DNA of 63,597 bases, counting the filler, from Octopus bimaculoides (taxonomy: Eukaryota): the NCBI RefSeq assembly GCF_001194135.2. It is 6 parts of 6 records of this genome, joined end to end, with 100 filler letters (N's around TTAATTAATTAA, not from the genome) between each part and the next. Parts side by side here need not be neighbours in the genome. Positions count along the whole stretch, not along the records: positions 10,298 to 35,145 come from NC_069001.1; positions 35,246 to 42,236 come from NC_069010.1; 4 more parts are not named here. One strand, given 5' to 3'. Under the pieces are notes generated by a model that saw only the letters and a list, made by a program, of their open reading frames with translations, did no database searches and was not told where the DNA came from. A program made the position numbers and the translations under genes. Positions 25,140 through 37,663 of this stretch are shown here, in pieces (positions within the stretch are counted from its first letter, which is position 1; each line of letters starts with the position of its first letter).

Positions 25140-26400
25140 CACCATATCAGACATTCTGGGAGTCTCTATACATTATCCTTCCACGTCCATAGGTTATCCT
25201 TCATGCCTATAAGGACTCGGAATTCCTCATCCTTGATGTTCCATAAAATTGGTTGGACAATTTTTCTAAATTTAATGATGACACTACAAGCTACTCTCGA
25301 CTAATTAAGATGAAGGCCTCCTTTCAACTCTCAACAATGTTTGTTTTTTGTTTTTTTTTCAGCCATGACATCTCGTTCTGCCGGGTTTGGTGTTTTACTG
25401 CCATTTTTATATTTCAGTAGATTCTCCGTTAAAGAAAATCGTGCAACCCAAAATAAGCACTTCGTATCCATCAGCCAGAGACTAACCTCGTGTGTCCATT
25501 AAGTTTACTTGAATTGTTTTCCCAGTATCTTGTCTAGTGTGATCTTGTTTGTCTCCTTAAAATCTGTAAAGAGCTCATCAACTGCGATGTTCCAACTTGA
25601 GCAATTTTTGTTGCTTGAATTTGTTAGTCTCCATGCTCTATTCAGTGTCTTGGGGACACCAATATTTAACATTACCTTTTTGGTCATTATGGTTGCTCGT
25701 CTAATCCTTAGTCAGATGTTAGCTCTCTCTGTATCATGTTTTGAGCTGCAGTCGGGTCCACAATACGTCATAAAGGGGGTGACACATTTAAATCAGTAAA
25801 TCCTCATCAGAACGTTGTCGTGTGGTTAATGTCGGTCATTCCATTAAAAACTAGATGCACTTTCCCTGCTTCGATTGCTAAAAACAAAGAAATGGCATTT
25901 GTAACATAGAGACTATTGTGACGAAAGATGAGAATTCATTCCTTGCATTATATTGTTATCACAAGTTTTAATAACCACAGGTCCCTGAAGTGTCCAAGTC
26001 ACCATCCATCAGTTTAGACTTTCGTTGTGCATCCATAGTGTCTTCTGTTGAATACGGCCATTAGACACTGAGTCCTGATCCGATCAGATTTATTAAAAGA
26101 GTTGGCTCTCTTGGCCTTAGCTTCCTCTCAAGCACTCAGAAGCGGTGAGGTCGAACGTTAGTTGATTTTCTCCATATCAGGCAGCCTACAAGGATACGGA
26201 GTCAAAACCATGATCTCAGAGAAACTGAAGATAACGGTGTCCTATCCGACAGGTAGATTACTGAAAAAGGGCTTAAAGGATGTTTCACTCCCGTTGGTCT
26301 TAAATCATGCCGGATGTAAACCGGATTTCTCAATTCCTGGCACTTCTGCTACACAGTCGTTGGCGCTACGTTGGGTTCGTGTGTCATTTTAATAGAGACT
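25140..26400 (-). mobile_element. Degraded RTE-clade LINE (RT fragment, possibly with 5' region)
   Basis: NCSSWNIAVDELFTDFKET resembles the RTE RT segment EKCWEYNIDVHQLFIDFKQA; upstream homology is weak. Confidence 0.45.
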
Positions 26401-26750
26401 ACGTTTTATCCCACTGGATATGTAAACACGCCAACGCTAACCCACCATCTCCTACCAACCAATCGAGAAAGGCACGATTTAAAGCCGACAAACTGGCGGC
26501 ACAACACGTCACACAAGGCTACAGGCTACTTGTAATACTCTTCATCGAAGTGGCTACAGTTATTTTTATATCGATTGCTGAGTACATCCGAGAATCCTAA
26601 GATTATAAAAGTGGCTCAATGCGAGGAAAAGCCGAGTGTGTATTGATAAATCAATGCACACACATATATATCAATGTACGCATATATATGAATGTTGGGT
26701 GGGGAACAAGCAGGAAAACAAACAGGAAAGTAGAATTCAAAAACATAATA

Positions 26751-27425
26751 TTATTATTATTATTATTAATATTATTTACTTTTAATCTGCATGTTTGATG
26801 CAATCACTTGCCGAGACACACCCAGTGTCCTGGGGCGAGTGAAGGATTAAGTGATGTTCCAATATGACTGAAAGCTTGGGCAGGGCAAGTGGCAGAGGCA
26901 GTTGCAAAATATCTTCATATAATACAACACAGACATTTTAATTGAGTGTTTTTCTAAGGATGTGGGCAGTGCTTGTTAGCACAAACTTTTGGATTTCTCT
27001 GTGATATGGTTCTCCTGGAACATTATCTAGATGTTTCCGACATCTCTTTCTTATACCTAGGACACCCGCAGTAACAGGAATAATTCTTGCTTTCCATGTC
27101 CTTATATTTTATAAAATCCTTTACTGATATATTTTTATCACTGGGAACACTTACATCTATTAATCTAGTATTACATCGACTAATCTAGTATTTTCTTCGC
27201 TGTCTTTAATGAGTTTGTCTCGTCGATTAGCATGGATCATTCTGTCAGTGTTGACGGCAAAATCACAGAGGATACTGACATTTTTTACCTTCAACAACTG
27301 ACTCAGGATGATGTTCATACAAGTAAGCAGGAATGCTGGTTTTGTAGTGTTTACATATTTTCCAACGTAAATACTGTCTTACCATATCGTGGGACTGGAC
27401 CCAGCACCTAACTGAGATGCAAACT
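26751..27425 (-). mobile_element. Second R4/Dong-like REL 3' end with (AAT)n tail (different subfamily)
   Basis: YEHHPESVVEG..NVSILCDFAVNTDRMIHANRRDKLIKD..RLIDVSVPSDKNISVK..IIPVTAGVLG read across frameshifts. Confidence 0.8.
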
Positions 27426-27456
27426 TCTAAACACACAGATACACCTGTGCCTACGT

Positions 27457-27506
<50 letters not shown>

Positions 27507-27659
27507 AAAAGGTATAAAAACGACGTTCTCCAAGGAATTCAAAAGGTAGCGTAATCCAAGCGGAGGGTAATCCGTTATAGGGAAATCCAAGAATTAGGTA
27601 CTCCAAATCGTCTTCGCAAAAACGTAGAAGATCCTTGTGAGCGTGCGATAATATTCAAA

Positions 27660-28035
27660 CCGAAAATTAAATATAACAAATAATGAAACATCACAAGGAC
27701 ACACATATTGAGTGTATTAGCTTGGTCCCCATTAAAGGTGGAAAAAAGCGTGGGTCTTTTACGTTTTGAGCATAGCTCTTCGGGAGAAAGGTGATCAAAG
27801 AAGTCTGGATAAAAAAAAAGCCTAGCTAAAGAGTCTAGGAAAAGCAGATTTGTGGTTATATGTGGACGCTTTGCCTTGTATATTTCTTCTCCGGACCTTT
27901 CCTTTCTTCACTTTATGACGAAGAGCTATGCTCGAAACGTTAGAAATACTCTCTATTTTGCCATCATTACTGAACGTCAAGCTAATGCATTCTATATAAA
28001 CGTCCTTTTGTTTGTCCATTTTCTTATTTTTAATG
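27660..28035. mobile_element. Diverged inverted pair of PLE-type terminal repeats with hammerhead-like core
   Basis: ATGACGA-A-GAGC-tat-GCTC-GAA-ACGT-T at 27915-27941; inverted truncated copy at 27761-27782; flanks align loosely over ~110 bp. Confidence 0.65.
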
Positions 28036-28055
28036 TTCATACATATCTGTGTGTG

Positions 28056-28094
<39 letters not shown>

Positions 28095-28930
28095 ATACAC
28101 ACTCAAACACCTGATGCGTCTGCGTTATTCGGTGTAAGAAAGAGACATCAGAATCATTGTCATAAAACATAAATTTGTACAGAAAACATAAATTTTCACT
28201 ACATTAGTGACGAGACTTTATTACAGTTTATGCTTATTTATCTTTTATCAGTTTATGTTAATTTATCTTTTCTCATAAATTAAGCACGTTACCATTGTAC
28301 ATAAATATCCTCAAATCATTTTCTAAATCTCTAAGACTTGTGTATGGCTAAGATCATGGAACTACTATCATACGCTGATGAAGCAATTCAGGCTAAAACG
28401 GCTTCTCTTGTGAGCAGAAAAACAATTTGTTCTGTAATTATTCAGGAACATTTCCCAGTCTTTCTGATTATCTACCCATCGTATATATAAATTCAATAAC
28501 CATCATCGCGAAATATTTTTTCATCTTCTCCGTAAAGCAAGATAATTTCGTTCAAACAAAAAAATTTCTCATGCATTATATAAATTTCTTCGTATTCACT
28601 GTTCAATTTCTTCCTGCTGACCTGCACGAATGTCTTCTCTTCATGCATTTTCGTCTCCTTTATGAAAGCTAATATACAGTGTAAATGATTTCTGATTTTT
28701 CCTATTTCGTTTCAATCAGCCTCGGACATTCACATACTAATGACGCCTATATAGGCAGAAACAATTTTCGACATTCGTCCACATGTCTCCAAGAAGTTAC
28801 ACACACAAAATGAACAAACACACACACACACACACACAGAAGTGTATTATGTACGTGTGTATATGCAACTATCCATATATATGTGTGCGTGTGTGTGTGC
28901 GTGTGCGTGCGTGTGTGCATACATATATAT

Positions 28931-29790
28931 AGTGTGCGACGGGTAAATTACAACAAATATTATTTTTAATTTCGCGCATGTGCATTGCTTGTTTTCGAGT
29001 TTGTCGACTACACAGTATAGTAGGGTCAGTTAGGCACCGTCTGTGAGAAAAGAAAGCTCCATGACGAAAATCATTCTGCCAGAAATTTGGAAACATACTG
29101 TACTGATTGCCACACGCGCCGGAAGCTCCAATACGAACATTTCAGAGTGTTTGGGTGTCAATCTGAGGACAGTGCAATCTGAGGATATGTACCGAGAGTG
29201 ATAAAAATCAAACATCTAGTCAACATCATGGTGTTTCGAGTGATGATTAGCGATGGTGATGTTATGGTTCCATTCATCTTCCCACACAGCCTCAGGCTCA
29301 ACACGGAGGCCTGCATCAAGTGTCTGCAGGAGGTAGTACTGCCCTGGGTCCAGAGGTTGGCTGCTAGCAGAAGGACTTTATATCTGGCGACAGGACACTG
29401 CACCATGTCACACAAGCAGCAGAGAAGTCATGAATGTCAGACAATCACCCCTAACATCTGACAACTTAATTCCTCAGGATGCAACCCGCTTCATTATTAT
29501 ATGTGGGGTGCAGTTGAGCGAAAAACCAACAAAACTCTTTGTAACACCAAAGATGAACTGAAGGCAAGGATTATGGCAGCATTCGCCAACTTAAACAAGG
29601 AAACTGCCCAGCAGAGTTGCTGGAGATACCGAAGTTGTCTGGAGGCCATGGTTGAAGCCAATGGCGTTTTTAGTGAATAAATTTACTCTTTAGTATCTCA
29701 AGATAATTTTATGCAATTTTAATAAATATAGCTCTTAAATTGAGATGTCAATGTTATTTTCATTGTTGCGTAATTTAGACGAGAATTTAT
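28931..29790 (+). mobile_element. maT/Tc1-like transposon, internally deleted, both ends retained
   Basis: N-terminal LPEIWK..RAGSSNTNISECLGVNLRTVQ fused to the C-terminal DDD region (KHLVNIMVFRV..CNPLHYYMWGAVER..KDELKARIMAAF..); 3' terminus GAATTTATCCACCGCAC. Confidence 0.85.
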
Positions 29791-29829
29791 CCACCGCACA
29801 CACCCACCAAACACACACACACACATGTT

Positions 29830-30170
29830 ATATAGCATATTTATATATAATGTATATGTATATATCATATATTATATAATATACATATATTATAATACAT
29901 ATATATTATAATAAATATATATTATGTAATATATATATATATATATATATATATATTACATAACGTATATATATGTTTTAATGTACATATATTATATAAT
30001 ATATATAATGTATATATATATATCTATATATATATATATATATATAGACATATATACATATTTATATATAGACATATATGCAAATAGATATACATATATA
30101 TTATATAACTTTCATTTAACTACATATATATCTTATAAATCAACATATATTTACATGTATGTACATATGT
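29830..30170. repeat. AT-rich degenerate (TA)n tract with central palindrome
   Basis: TTATGTAA(TA)nTTACATAA near 29921-29963. Confidence 0.85.
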
Positions 30171-30566
30171 ATACAAATGTATTTCGGAATGTGTGAATGA
30201 GTCTACATGAGCGAATGTGCGCGTGCGTGTGTAAGAATGAGATGTGGGGTAGAAAAGGAAAGAAACTCTGACAGAGAGGTAGATAACAGGATATATGTAG
30301 TTTACTTAACCAATTTCACATATAGCTGCTACTGTTGATAGCTCCATCACAGTGGGAGACTAAATGGCTTGATATTTTGAGCGTTGACGTTATGTGGGAG
30401 TTAGAGCAGGGGGTATTAGCGTTACCTAATGGCGTAAGGAAAATGGTGCAAAGTGAAAGCGGGTGGAGTGAGAGTGTATGGGGGTGGAGAGGGAGAGAGA
30501 GAGAACTTATGGCATCTGTCTTATTGCCTCATACATTCCTTTACATAGAACTACACACAGCAATTA

Positions 30567-30569
<3 letters not shown>

Positions 30570-30608
<39 letters not shown>

Positions 30609-30854
30609 CACATTCGCATGTTCACGCTCACACTTTTATATTTTCCCTTTCTTCTGAATCTTGTTCGGCTTCTTCTTCTTTTTCTTCTTCTTCTTTTTCG
30701 TTTTCTTCTTCTTCCATCATCTTCTACCACCACTACTACTACTACTACAGTCACCAATACCATCACCACCACCACTACTACTACTACCACCAACATTTCT
30801 ACTGCTGCTGCTGCTGCTTCTACTACTACTACTACCACCACCACCACCACCACC

Positions 30855-30895
<41 letters not shown>
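30570..30895. repeat. (CA)n, (CTT)n, (CTA/CCA/CTG)n compound microsatellite
   Basis: Direct inspection. Confidence 0.95.
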
Positions 30896-30939
30896 ATTTC
30901 CGTCTCACTTCGGGGTTCTTTCGTCAGTACGAACTGACG

Positions 30940-31045
30940 TAATCGGTAGCGCATCAGACAAATCGCTGAGCGCTATTTCTTTCGGCTGTTACCGTTCAGA
31001 GTTCAAATACCGCTAAGGTCAACTTTGCCTTTGATTCTAAAATAC
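30940..31045 (+). mobile_element. SINE family B fragment
   Basis: ..GAGCGCTATTTCTTTCGGCTGTTACCGTTCAGAGTTCAAATACCGCTAAGGTCAACTTTGCC. Confidence 0.6.
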
Positions 31046-31677
31046 CAGCTATTTACTGAGGTTACTTTGTTATTGCCGTGGATGTTGTTATTGTTGTCTC
31101 TATTGTGTCCATTGTTACTGCTGCTTCGGCTGCTGCTGCTGCTGCTAAACCTATTCTTCAGGTTACAATTGTTGTTACTGGTTTTGTTGTTCCTGCTTCA
31201 TCTAACTCTTTTGACATCACTAATATTTATTAAATTAGAAGATAGAAGATGCATGACCATCACACCATCACAAAAAACGTCTCCATGATTTTAAGTCCGT
31301 TAGTCAGTCTTGTTGCTCGTTATCCTCATGACACTCTAACTAAACAGATTGATGATGAAAGACACACCAGTCGTGACTGTCCCATCTTAATTTCGATGAT
31401 AAATTCTTCAACATCCAAATCTTTCCAGTGTGTTCATCTGTTTCGGAGAAAATGATGTAATATGAGAGAGATTTAGCTACTATTCGTAACACGATGAACG
31501 ACCACACAAAGAACACCTATTTGGACCACAGGGCATTTTAGTAGTCGCTGTTTGAGTTTTTATTGATGTCGTTGGTCGTCATTGTATTGTTGTTGTCACT
31601 GTTGTTGAGGTCTCACACAAGTCAGCTCCCATCGGACAAAACAAACGTTAATATCTGACTGGGTTAGTTAGAGTGTA

Positions 31678-32073
31678 GTGGAGGCGCAATGGTCCAGTGG
31701 TTAGGGTAGTGGACTCGCGGTCATAGGATCGCGGTTTCGATTCCAAGACCGGGCGTTGTGAGAGTTTATTGAGCGAAAACACCTAAAGCTCCACGAGGCT
31801 CCGGCAGGGGATGGTCGCTAACCCTGCTGTACTCATTCACCACAACTTTCTCTCAGTCTTACTTCCTGTTTCTGTTGTGCCTGCAATTCAAAGGGTCAGC
31901 CTTGTCATTGTGTGTCACGCTGAATATCCCCGAGAACTACGTTAAGTGTACACGTGTCTGTGGAATGTTCAGCCACTTGCACGTGAATTTCACGAGCAGG
32001 CTGTTCCGTTGATCGGATCAACTGGAACCCTCGACGTCGTAAGCGACGGAGTGCCAACAACAACAACAACAAC
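31678..32073 (+). mobile_element. tRNA-derived SINE family C, full length with (AAC)n tail
   Basis: Head GGAGGCGCAATGGTCCAGTGGTTAGGG..GGTTTCGATTCC; 3' end GACGGAGTGCC(AAC)n; partial 3' copies at 35246-35455 and ~13858-13915. Confidence 0.9.
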
Positions 32074-32519
32074 AGTCAAAGTGTCTTGCCTTTTAATCCT
32101 GCTTACATTATGAAACTGCAAGTTGTGAGTTGGGGGCAAAATAACCCTGTTTCACGCAGAATAAACGATTACGTAGGTATTTGCAGGACATAAAGTTTTA
32201 AATTTGTTATTTTAAATTATAACTAAGAGGTTAAGATTTAACACGAAATTTACTGCTAGATCACTTGGAACTAACCTAACTACAAGTGGCGATAATTATG
32301 GACTTGATGATATTGGTCATTGTTGTTGTTGTTAGGCCACAGTTCAGTCTTGGTCAGTCAGACTTATGATACGTAGGCCATCAGCCAAGCTACGAGATGA
32401 AGTCGACAGATTCCTTGTTCTAGTTATATCATGTCTTCGTTTAACTAACAGCCATACGGAAGACTCCGACATGCAGTAGTTAATCGTACTGACAGCAACT
32501 TACGTAACACCAGCTGTGT

Positions 32520-33420
32520 TCATGCCGTCACTAAACCGAGAGAGTTTGTTCTCAGTCGGTTTCTCATCGCACATGACTATCCCCATCCTCTGTCTGTCTC
32601 TCTGTATGTCTGTCTGTCTGTCTCTCTGTCTCTCTCTCTCTCTCTGTGCCTTCTGTCAGTTTTGGTAATGAGCAGGAAATTGATCAATTCTAAATAGCTT
32701 ACGACAATTTCGACCTCCCACTAAGCGTAAAAAATCTGAAATATTACACCATTTCATCCCCGGAAAGACGTACGTAGAACATTAAGTTCACTGCGAATTG
32801 TTAACGGGTTCACATAACTAAGCAGTGAACTCGCAAGAAAACTAAACATTGCTGTCGGGTTATGAGCATGATGTAGAAGGTCACATCTAACTTCGATAGA
32901 AGAATGTGCGTGAGTGCAAGTGGAATCATCTTCCCCCATGAAACTGAATGCCTCCCATGTATTTGTCGGTACAGTTCTCCAGTATGTTTGTTTGTCTTCG
33001 GTCTTCTGAAGATATATTGAAGAAAGCTCAGTTACTTTCTTGTGAGATATGCGATAGCATTCTAGATATATCTTTACTGAACAGAAATGCTTCAGCAAGT
33101 CAACATACTTAAATCTGTTCAGCCTCTATCTAAATGCCTACAAGAAATGAGAAGAGTATATTAGTCATATACCAGAGCACAACATCCCAAAACAATTTTA
33201 TACGGTCAAGGAAATTCCGCTGTTAGGGATAAAAATTGTGGTCTTGTCCTAAGACTTCCTTCTCAAATATCGACATAGTCTACGAAGTCAGATCCACAGT
33301 GATGTCTAGACAGCAGAACTTTCGAAAGAAACCGCTGATGCTGCTTCAGAAGCGTTCACTGCGCCACAGTAGAGCTACCAGCATCACAAGTTCATATAGG
33401 AGAGGATTCTTGCATGAAAA
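32520..33420 (+). mobile_element. RTE-BovB-like LINE RT relic
   Basis: KPREFVLSRFLIAHD (degenerate FADD region), AYDNFDLPLSVKKSEIL, HPGKTYVE and ISHIPEHNIPKQFLYGQ occur in the expected order across frameshifts. Confidence 0.7.
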
Positions 33421-34734
33421 GGTCGTATTATCCAACTCTTGACCAAATGATCAAACTAGGCTAGCTTTCAAGTTTATCCATAGTTTTGATAATCATTGAC
33501 AACCTGTATATTTATACAAATAATTTTCTGAAAATAGAAATAATACATTTCTAAATCTCTCAGTGAGATTTACGCAGTAGCAGCACGATAAAGTGAAATA
33601 TATATGTTTCCTAGGGCTAAAGTGATAGTGTGTTTCCTAGGGCTAAATAACAGCAGCATTCTGCCCTTTCATGGGACTGTCACATTAAGTTGACAATATA
33701 CTATCAAATAATTTTCTGTCTCGATTGCTAAACCACTCACGCTCTATGAAGAAAAGGTTACAATTACACATTCCATTAAATTTCTTCATGACTGCAAATA
33801 TTTTCCATCTGAAACAACTACCTCACTTCATAAACTGTTTTAGTAATAAATCAAAGATTATATCATCCTGAAGATTTCTAGAATTAATGAAATAGTGCTA
33901 TATTAGACTACAAGACTGAGTGGAAATCTTAAGAACTTCATAATAAATGGGTAAAGATTAAATTAAATTAGATAAGTATATTTTATGCATCTTTTTTTTT
34001 TATCTTAATCTGAAATTCAAACTTCTAATACCGCCAAATATGAAGAAATGATTAACTCACCTGCTTTAACTGCCCGCTAGGGGACACTACGTACTTTAAA
34101 AGAGTGTATGTTCCTAATGACACTCTTATTTATTCTAACTGGACCCCATAGTCTACTAGATGCTAAAGCGTATATGAATTCTCTGGATCGGTCAAAGCGC
34201 GATTATACTTCTCAACTTTGTTGTTTGATAGAGTCGATTAACAAACGCATACTCGTTTTTAGAGATATATAGGTTTCTGTTATTGATGGATAACTGGCAA
34301 AACTGAAGACCATTTTAGGTTGGGATTTTACTTGAATCACACCATACTTGTAGACGACTACGTTCACCAGGTTTTTGTCACTCTGGAATAATATTATTCC
34401 TTGAGAAAATGAAGTTGTAGTGTAAACTTTTAATAGATTATAAGCACCTCTTTCATAACGACATCAGAAACCCATACGAGAAACGTTTAGCACCATGAAA
34501 TGGTGTATCATTTATACAAAAAAAAAAGTAGTAACGCCGCATTTTACAGTTGCTATATATAACAAAAGTCAATGAGAGAGCATTTGAATCTTCGTTAGTC
34601 TAATTATTCTCATATAACATCGTGTATCGTCACAAAAAAAAACATATTTAATAATTTAGTCGTTGGAACTGGATAAAATAGACATAATGTTCACGGTTGC
34701 AATAAACTAAAGAACAATGTTTACAAATCCAATA

Positions 34735-35085
34735 TGTTACCACAGACCCAAAAGGAAGCATTGAATCGATCTTTCAGTTCAGGGGAAATGCGGACCACGT
34801 GATTGGCCAGGCCAGGTCATCGGATGGTGTACATTGCTGATCACAATGTGCCTTTCATCAACTTAGCTTTCGAATAAGGCCATCCCGTATGCTAGGCGAG
34901 CAGGCCAACATTGCATCTAATCGGAAAGCCATTCCGGCACGGGATCACCCATTTACACCTGAGTGGACTGGGGCAACGTGAAACGAAATGTTTTGCTCAA
35001 CGACACAACGCACCGATCGATCCGGGAATCGAACCCTCGTACTAACGATTGTCAGTGGAACACCCCGCCAGGCCATGCGCCTTCA
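34735..35085 (-). mobile_element. tRNA-derived SINE family D with conserved-type central domain
   Basis: Minus strand: GAAGGCGCATGGCC..GAGGGTTCGATTCCCGG..TTGAGCAAAACA..CCAGTCCACTCAGGTGTAAATGGG, resembling V/Meta-type SINE central domains from recollection. Confidence 0.75.
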
Positions 35086-35110
35086 CACACACACACATAT
35101 ATAATATAAA

Positions 35111-35145
<35 letters not shown>

Positions 35146-35245
35146 NNNNNNNNNNNNNNNNNNNNNNNNNNNNNNNNNNNNNNNNNNNNTTAATTAATTA
35201 ANNNNNNNNNNNNNNNNNNNNNNNNNNNNNNNNNNNNNNNNNNNN

Positions 35246-35455
35246 ACTCTTACTTCCTGTTTCTGTTGTGCCTGTAATTCAAAGGGTCAGCCTTGTCACA
35301 CTCTGTGTCACGCTGAATATCCCCGAGAACTATGTTAAGGGTACACGTGTCTGCAGAGTGCTCAGCCACTTGCACGTTAATTTCACGAGCAGGCTGTTCC
35401 GTTGATCGGATCAACTGGAACCCTCGACGTCGTAAGCGACGGAGTGCCAACAACA
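35246..35455 (+). mobile_element. SINE family C 3' half
   Basis: Near-identical to 31856-32060. Confidence 0.9.
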
Positions 35456-35741
35456 ATATATGTAGGTAATATCTGCTGCAAGAAAAACCCTTATTAGCCC
35501 TCCCAAAAAAGCCTGTGAGTCCCTATCATTCATACTGCTCATGTTTAAAGGAACAATCAGTCAACTGCATTACTCAAAATTAATTTGCACCCATATACAC
35601 CACACACACATACACAAGCACGCACTGCTGTTGTCAAGTGGTGCTGAGAGACAAATACATACACACAAATGCACACATACCTGCATGCACACACACACAC
35701 ATGCTTACATACATACACACACTCACAGACATATATACATA

Positions 35742-35905
35742 CAACAGGTTTCCTTCAGTTTCCATCTACCAAATCCACCGACAAAGCATTGGCCAGTCTG
35801 GGGTTATAGTAGAAGATGTTTGCCCAAGGTGCCACACAGTGGGACTGAACACAGAACCATGTGGTTGGAAGGCAAACTTCTTATCAAGCAGCTATGTTTG
35901 CACAT
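35742..35905 (-). mobile_element. SINE family A 5' portion
   Basis: Reverse complement of the family A head and core. Confidence 0.8.
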
Positions 35906-35929
35906 GTATATAACCCTTTTGGTTGTTTA

Positions 35930-36175
35930 TTTCACCGTTTCGTTTTCCTGTCTTGTTTTCCGTCCGACACTGTCCTACACGAAAAAAATTTAATTTGTGG
36001 TCCGTGGGAAGAGCCATTTTAACGATGCACCCTGCCCTAACTCTTCGAAACGCCGGTGTTTTAATGGTGGTAGCTGATGAAGGATATGTTCTCTATGTGG
36101 CCTGCTTTTTTGTTGTACCTTGTTTATCATTTTGTCCATGTTCTTTTGCAATGTCATGTACCTAGATATTTATTT
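35930..36175 (+). mobile_element. Unclassified terminal-repeat-like segment with permuted hammerhead-like motif order
   Basis: TTC-GAAAC-GCCGGT-GTT-TTA-atggtgg-TAG-CTGATGA-A-GGA at 36044-36084, followed by a T-rich tract. Confidence 0.35.
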
Positions 36176-36644
36176 ATATGTACATGTAGATGAAGGTATG
36201 TACATACATGTACATATATATGCATATACTCATATATTGTTTATATATATATATATATATATCATGAAATTGGCATGCATACAATTATTATAATGATTTT
36301 TATTATAGTTACTATTATTGAACTTCCTCTCGAATTTCTTGGTGCCTTTACAAAATGATGAAATGAAAGACAATTTTTCAAAGAAAAAATATTTATGATA
36401 TCAAACTATAATTAAATGAAACAAATTCTTCATTTGTATGTGTTCATAATTGCCATCTACTCTATTGAAAACCTATTTCTGCAAATTTTCATTAAAAACA
36501 TAAATAGGCATTGTTCAGGAATGGTTATAAGAACAAAACTGGAGGTGGGGCCACTAAACTGGAGTTATGCCTTGCCATTCTCCCTCTTTCACTGCATACA
36601 TACATACATAATATATATATATATATTATATATAAATATATATA

Positions 36645-36679
<35 letters not shown>

Positions 36680-37097
36680 CTGTATAAATATATATAAATG
36701 CATGTGTGTGTGTGTATATATNNNNNNNNNNNNNNNNNNNNNNNNNNNNNNNNNNNNNNNNNNNNNNNNNNNNNNNNNNNNNNNNNNNNNNNNNNNNNNN
36801 NNNNNNNNNNNNNNNNNNNNNNNNNNNNNNNNNNNNNNNNNNNNNNNNNNNNNNNNNNNNNNNNNNNNNNNNNNNNNNNNNNNNNNNNNNNNNNNNNNNN
36901 NNNNNNNNNNNNNNNNNNNNNNNNNNNNNNNNNNNNNNNNNNNNNNNNNNNNNNNNNNNNNNNNNNNNNNNNNNNNNNNNNNNNNNNNNNNNNNNNNNNN
37001 NNNNNNNNNNNNNNNNNNNNNNNNNNNNNNNNNNNNNNNNNNNNNNNNNNNNNNNNNNNNNNNNNNNNNNNNNNNNNNNNNNNNNNNNNNNNNNNNN

Positions 37098-37135
<38 letters not shown>

Positions 37136-37663
37136 GCAATACACACAAATGTAATTTTCAAATTGAGAACCCATTCAAAGTTTGCCAATTTGCAATTATT
37201 TTTAAGAGTATCTTCCTTTTATGCGAAGCTATATTCCCAGATTAAAGACACCGTGCTGTAGCAAAAACGAAACAAGAAATCTATAATAATGATACATAAT
37301 AACCAACATTTAAGCATTTACTTATGTATTTCTCCTACTTAACGGATAAAGTGTGTTCTGATTCGTTTCTGGCTTTGTTTTCTTTTTTGCATCCTGCTGT
37401 TTCATGTAAAAGCTCACAGAATGTTTTGTTAAAATGACCATAAATGGCTTGTGTATGTCTACGTATATGTGTGTATGTGTGTGTGTGATTCTGCGTGAGA
37501 GAGCAGGTGAAGATGGTGAGAGAGTAAGCTTCCATAAGATAAAATCAAAATGGAGAGTAATTCTGTTTACCATTCCCCACCTGCTTTTTGAACACAGACT
37601 ATAAAACAAAGGTAGAGAATGTATTTTCCTAATAATAATGTGCATATGGAGGTACACATAGAT

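Noticed and set aside
26430-26500. HDV-like ribozyme at the putative RTE 5' end
   Set aside because: I could not assemble P1/P2/P3 pairings by eye; it needs a descriptor search.
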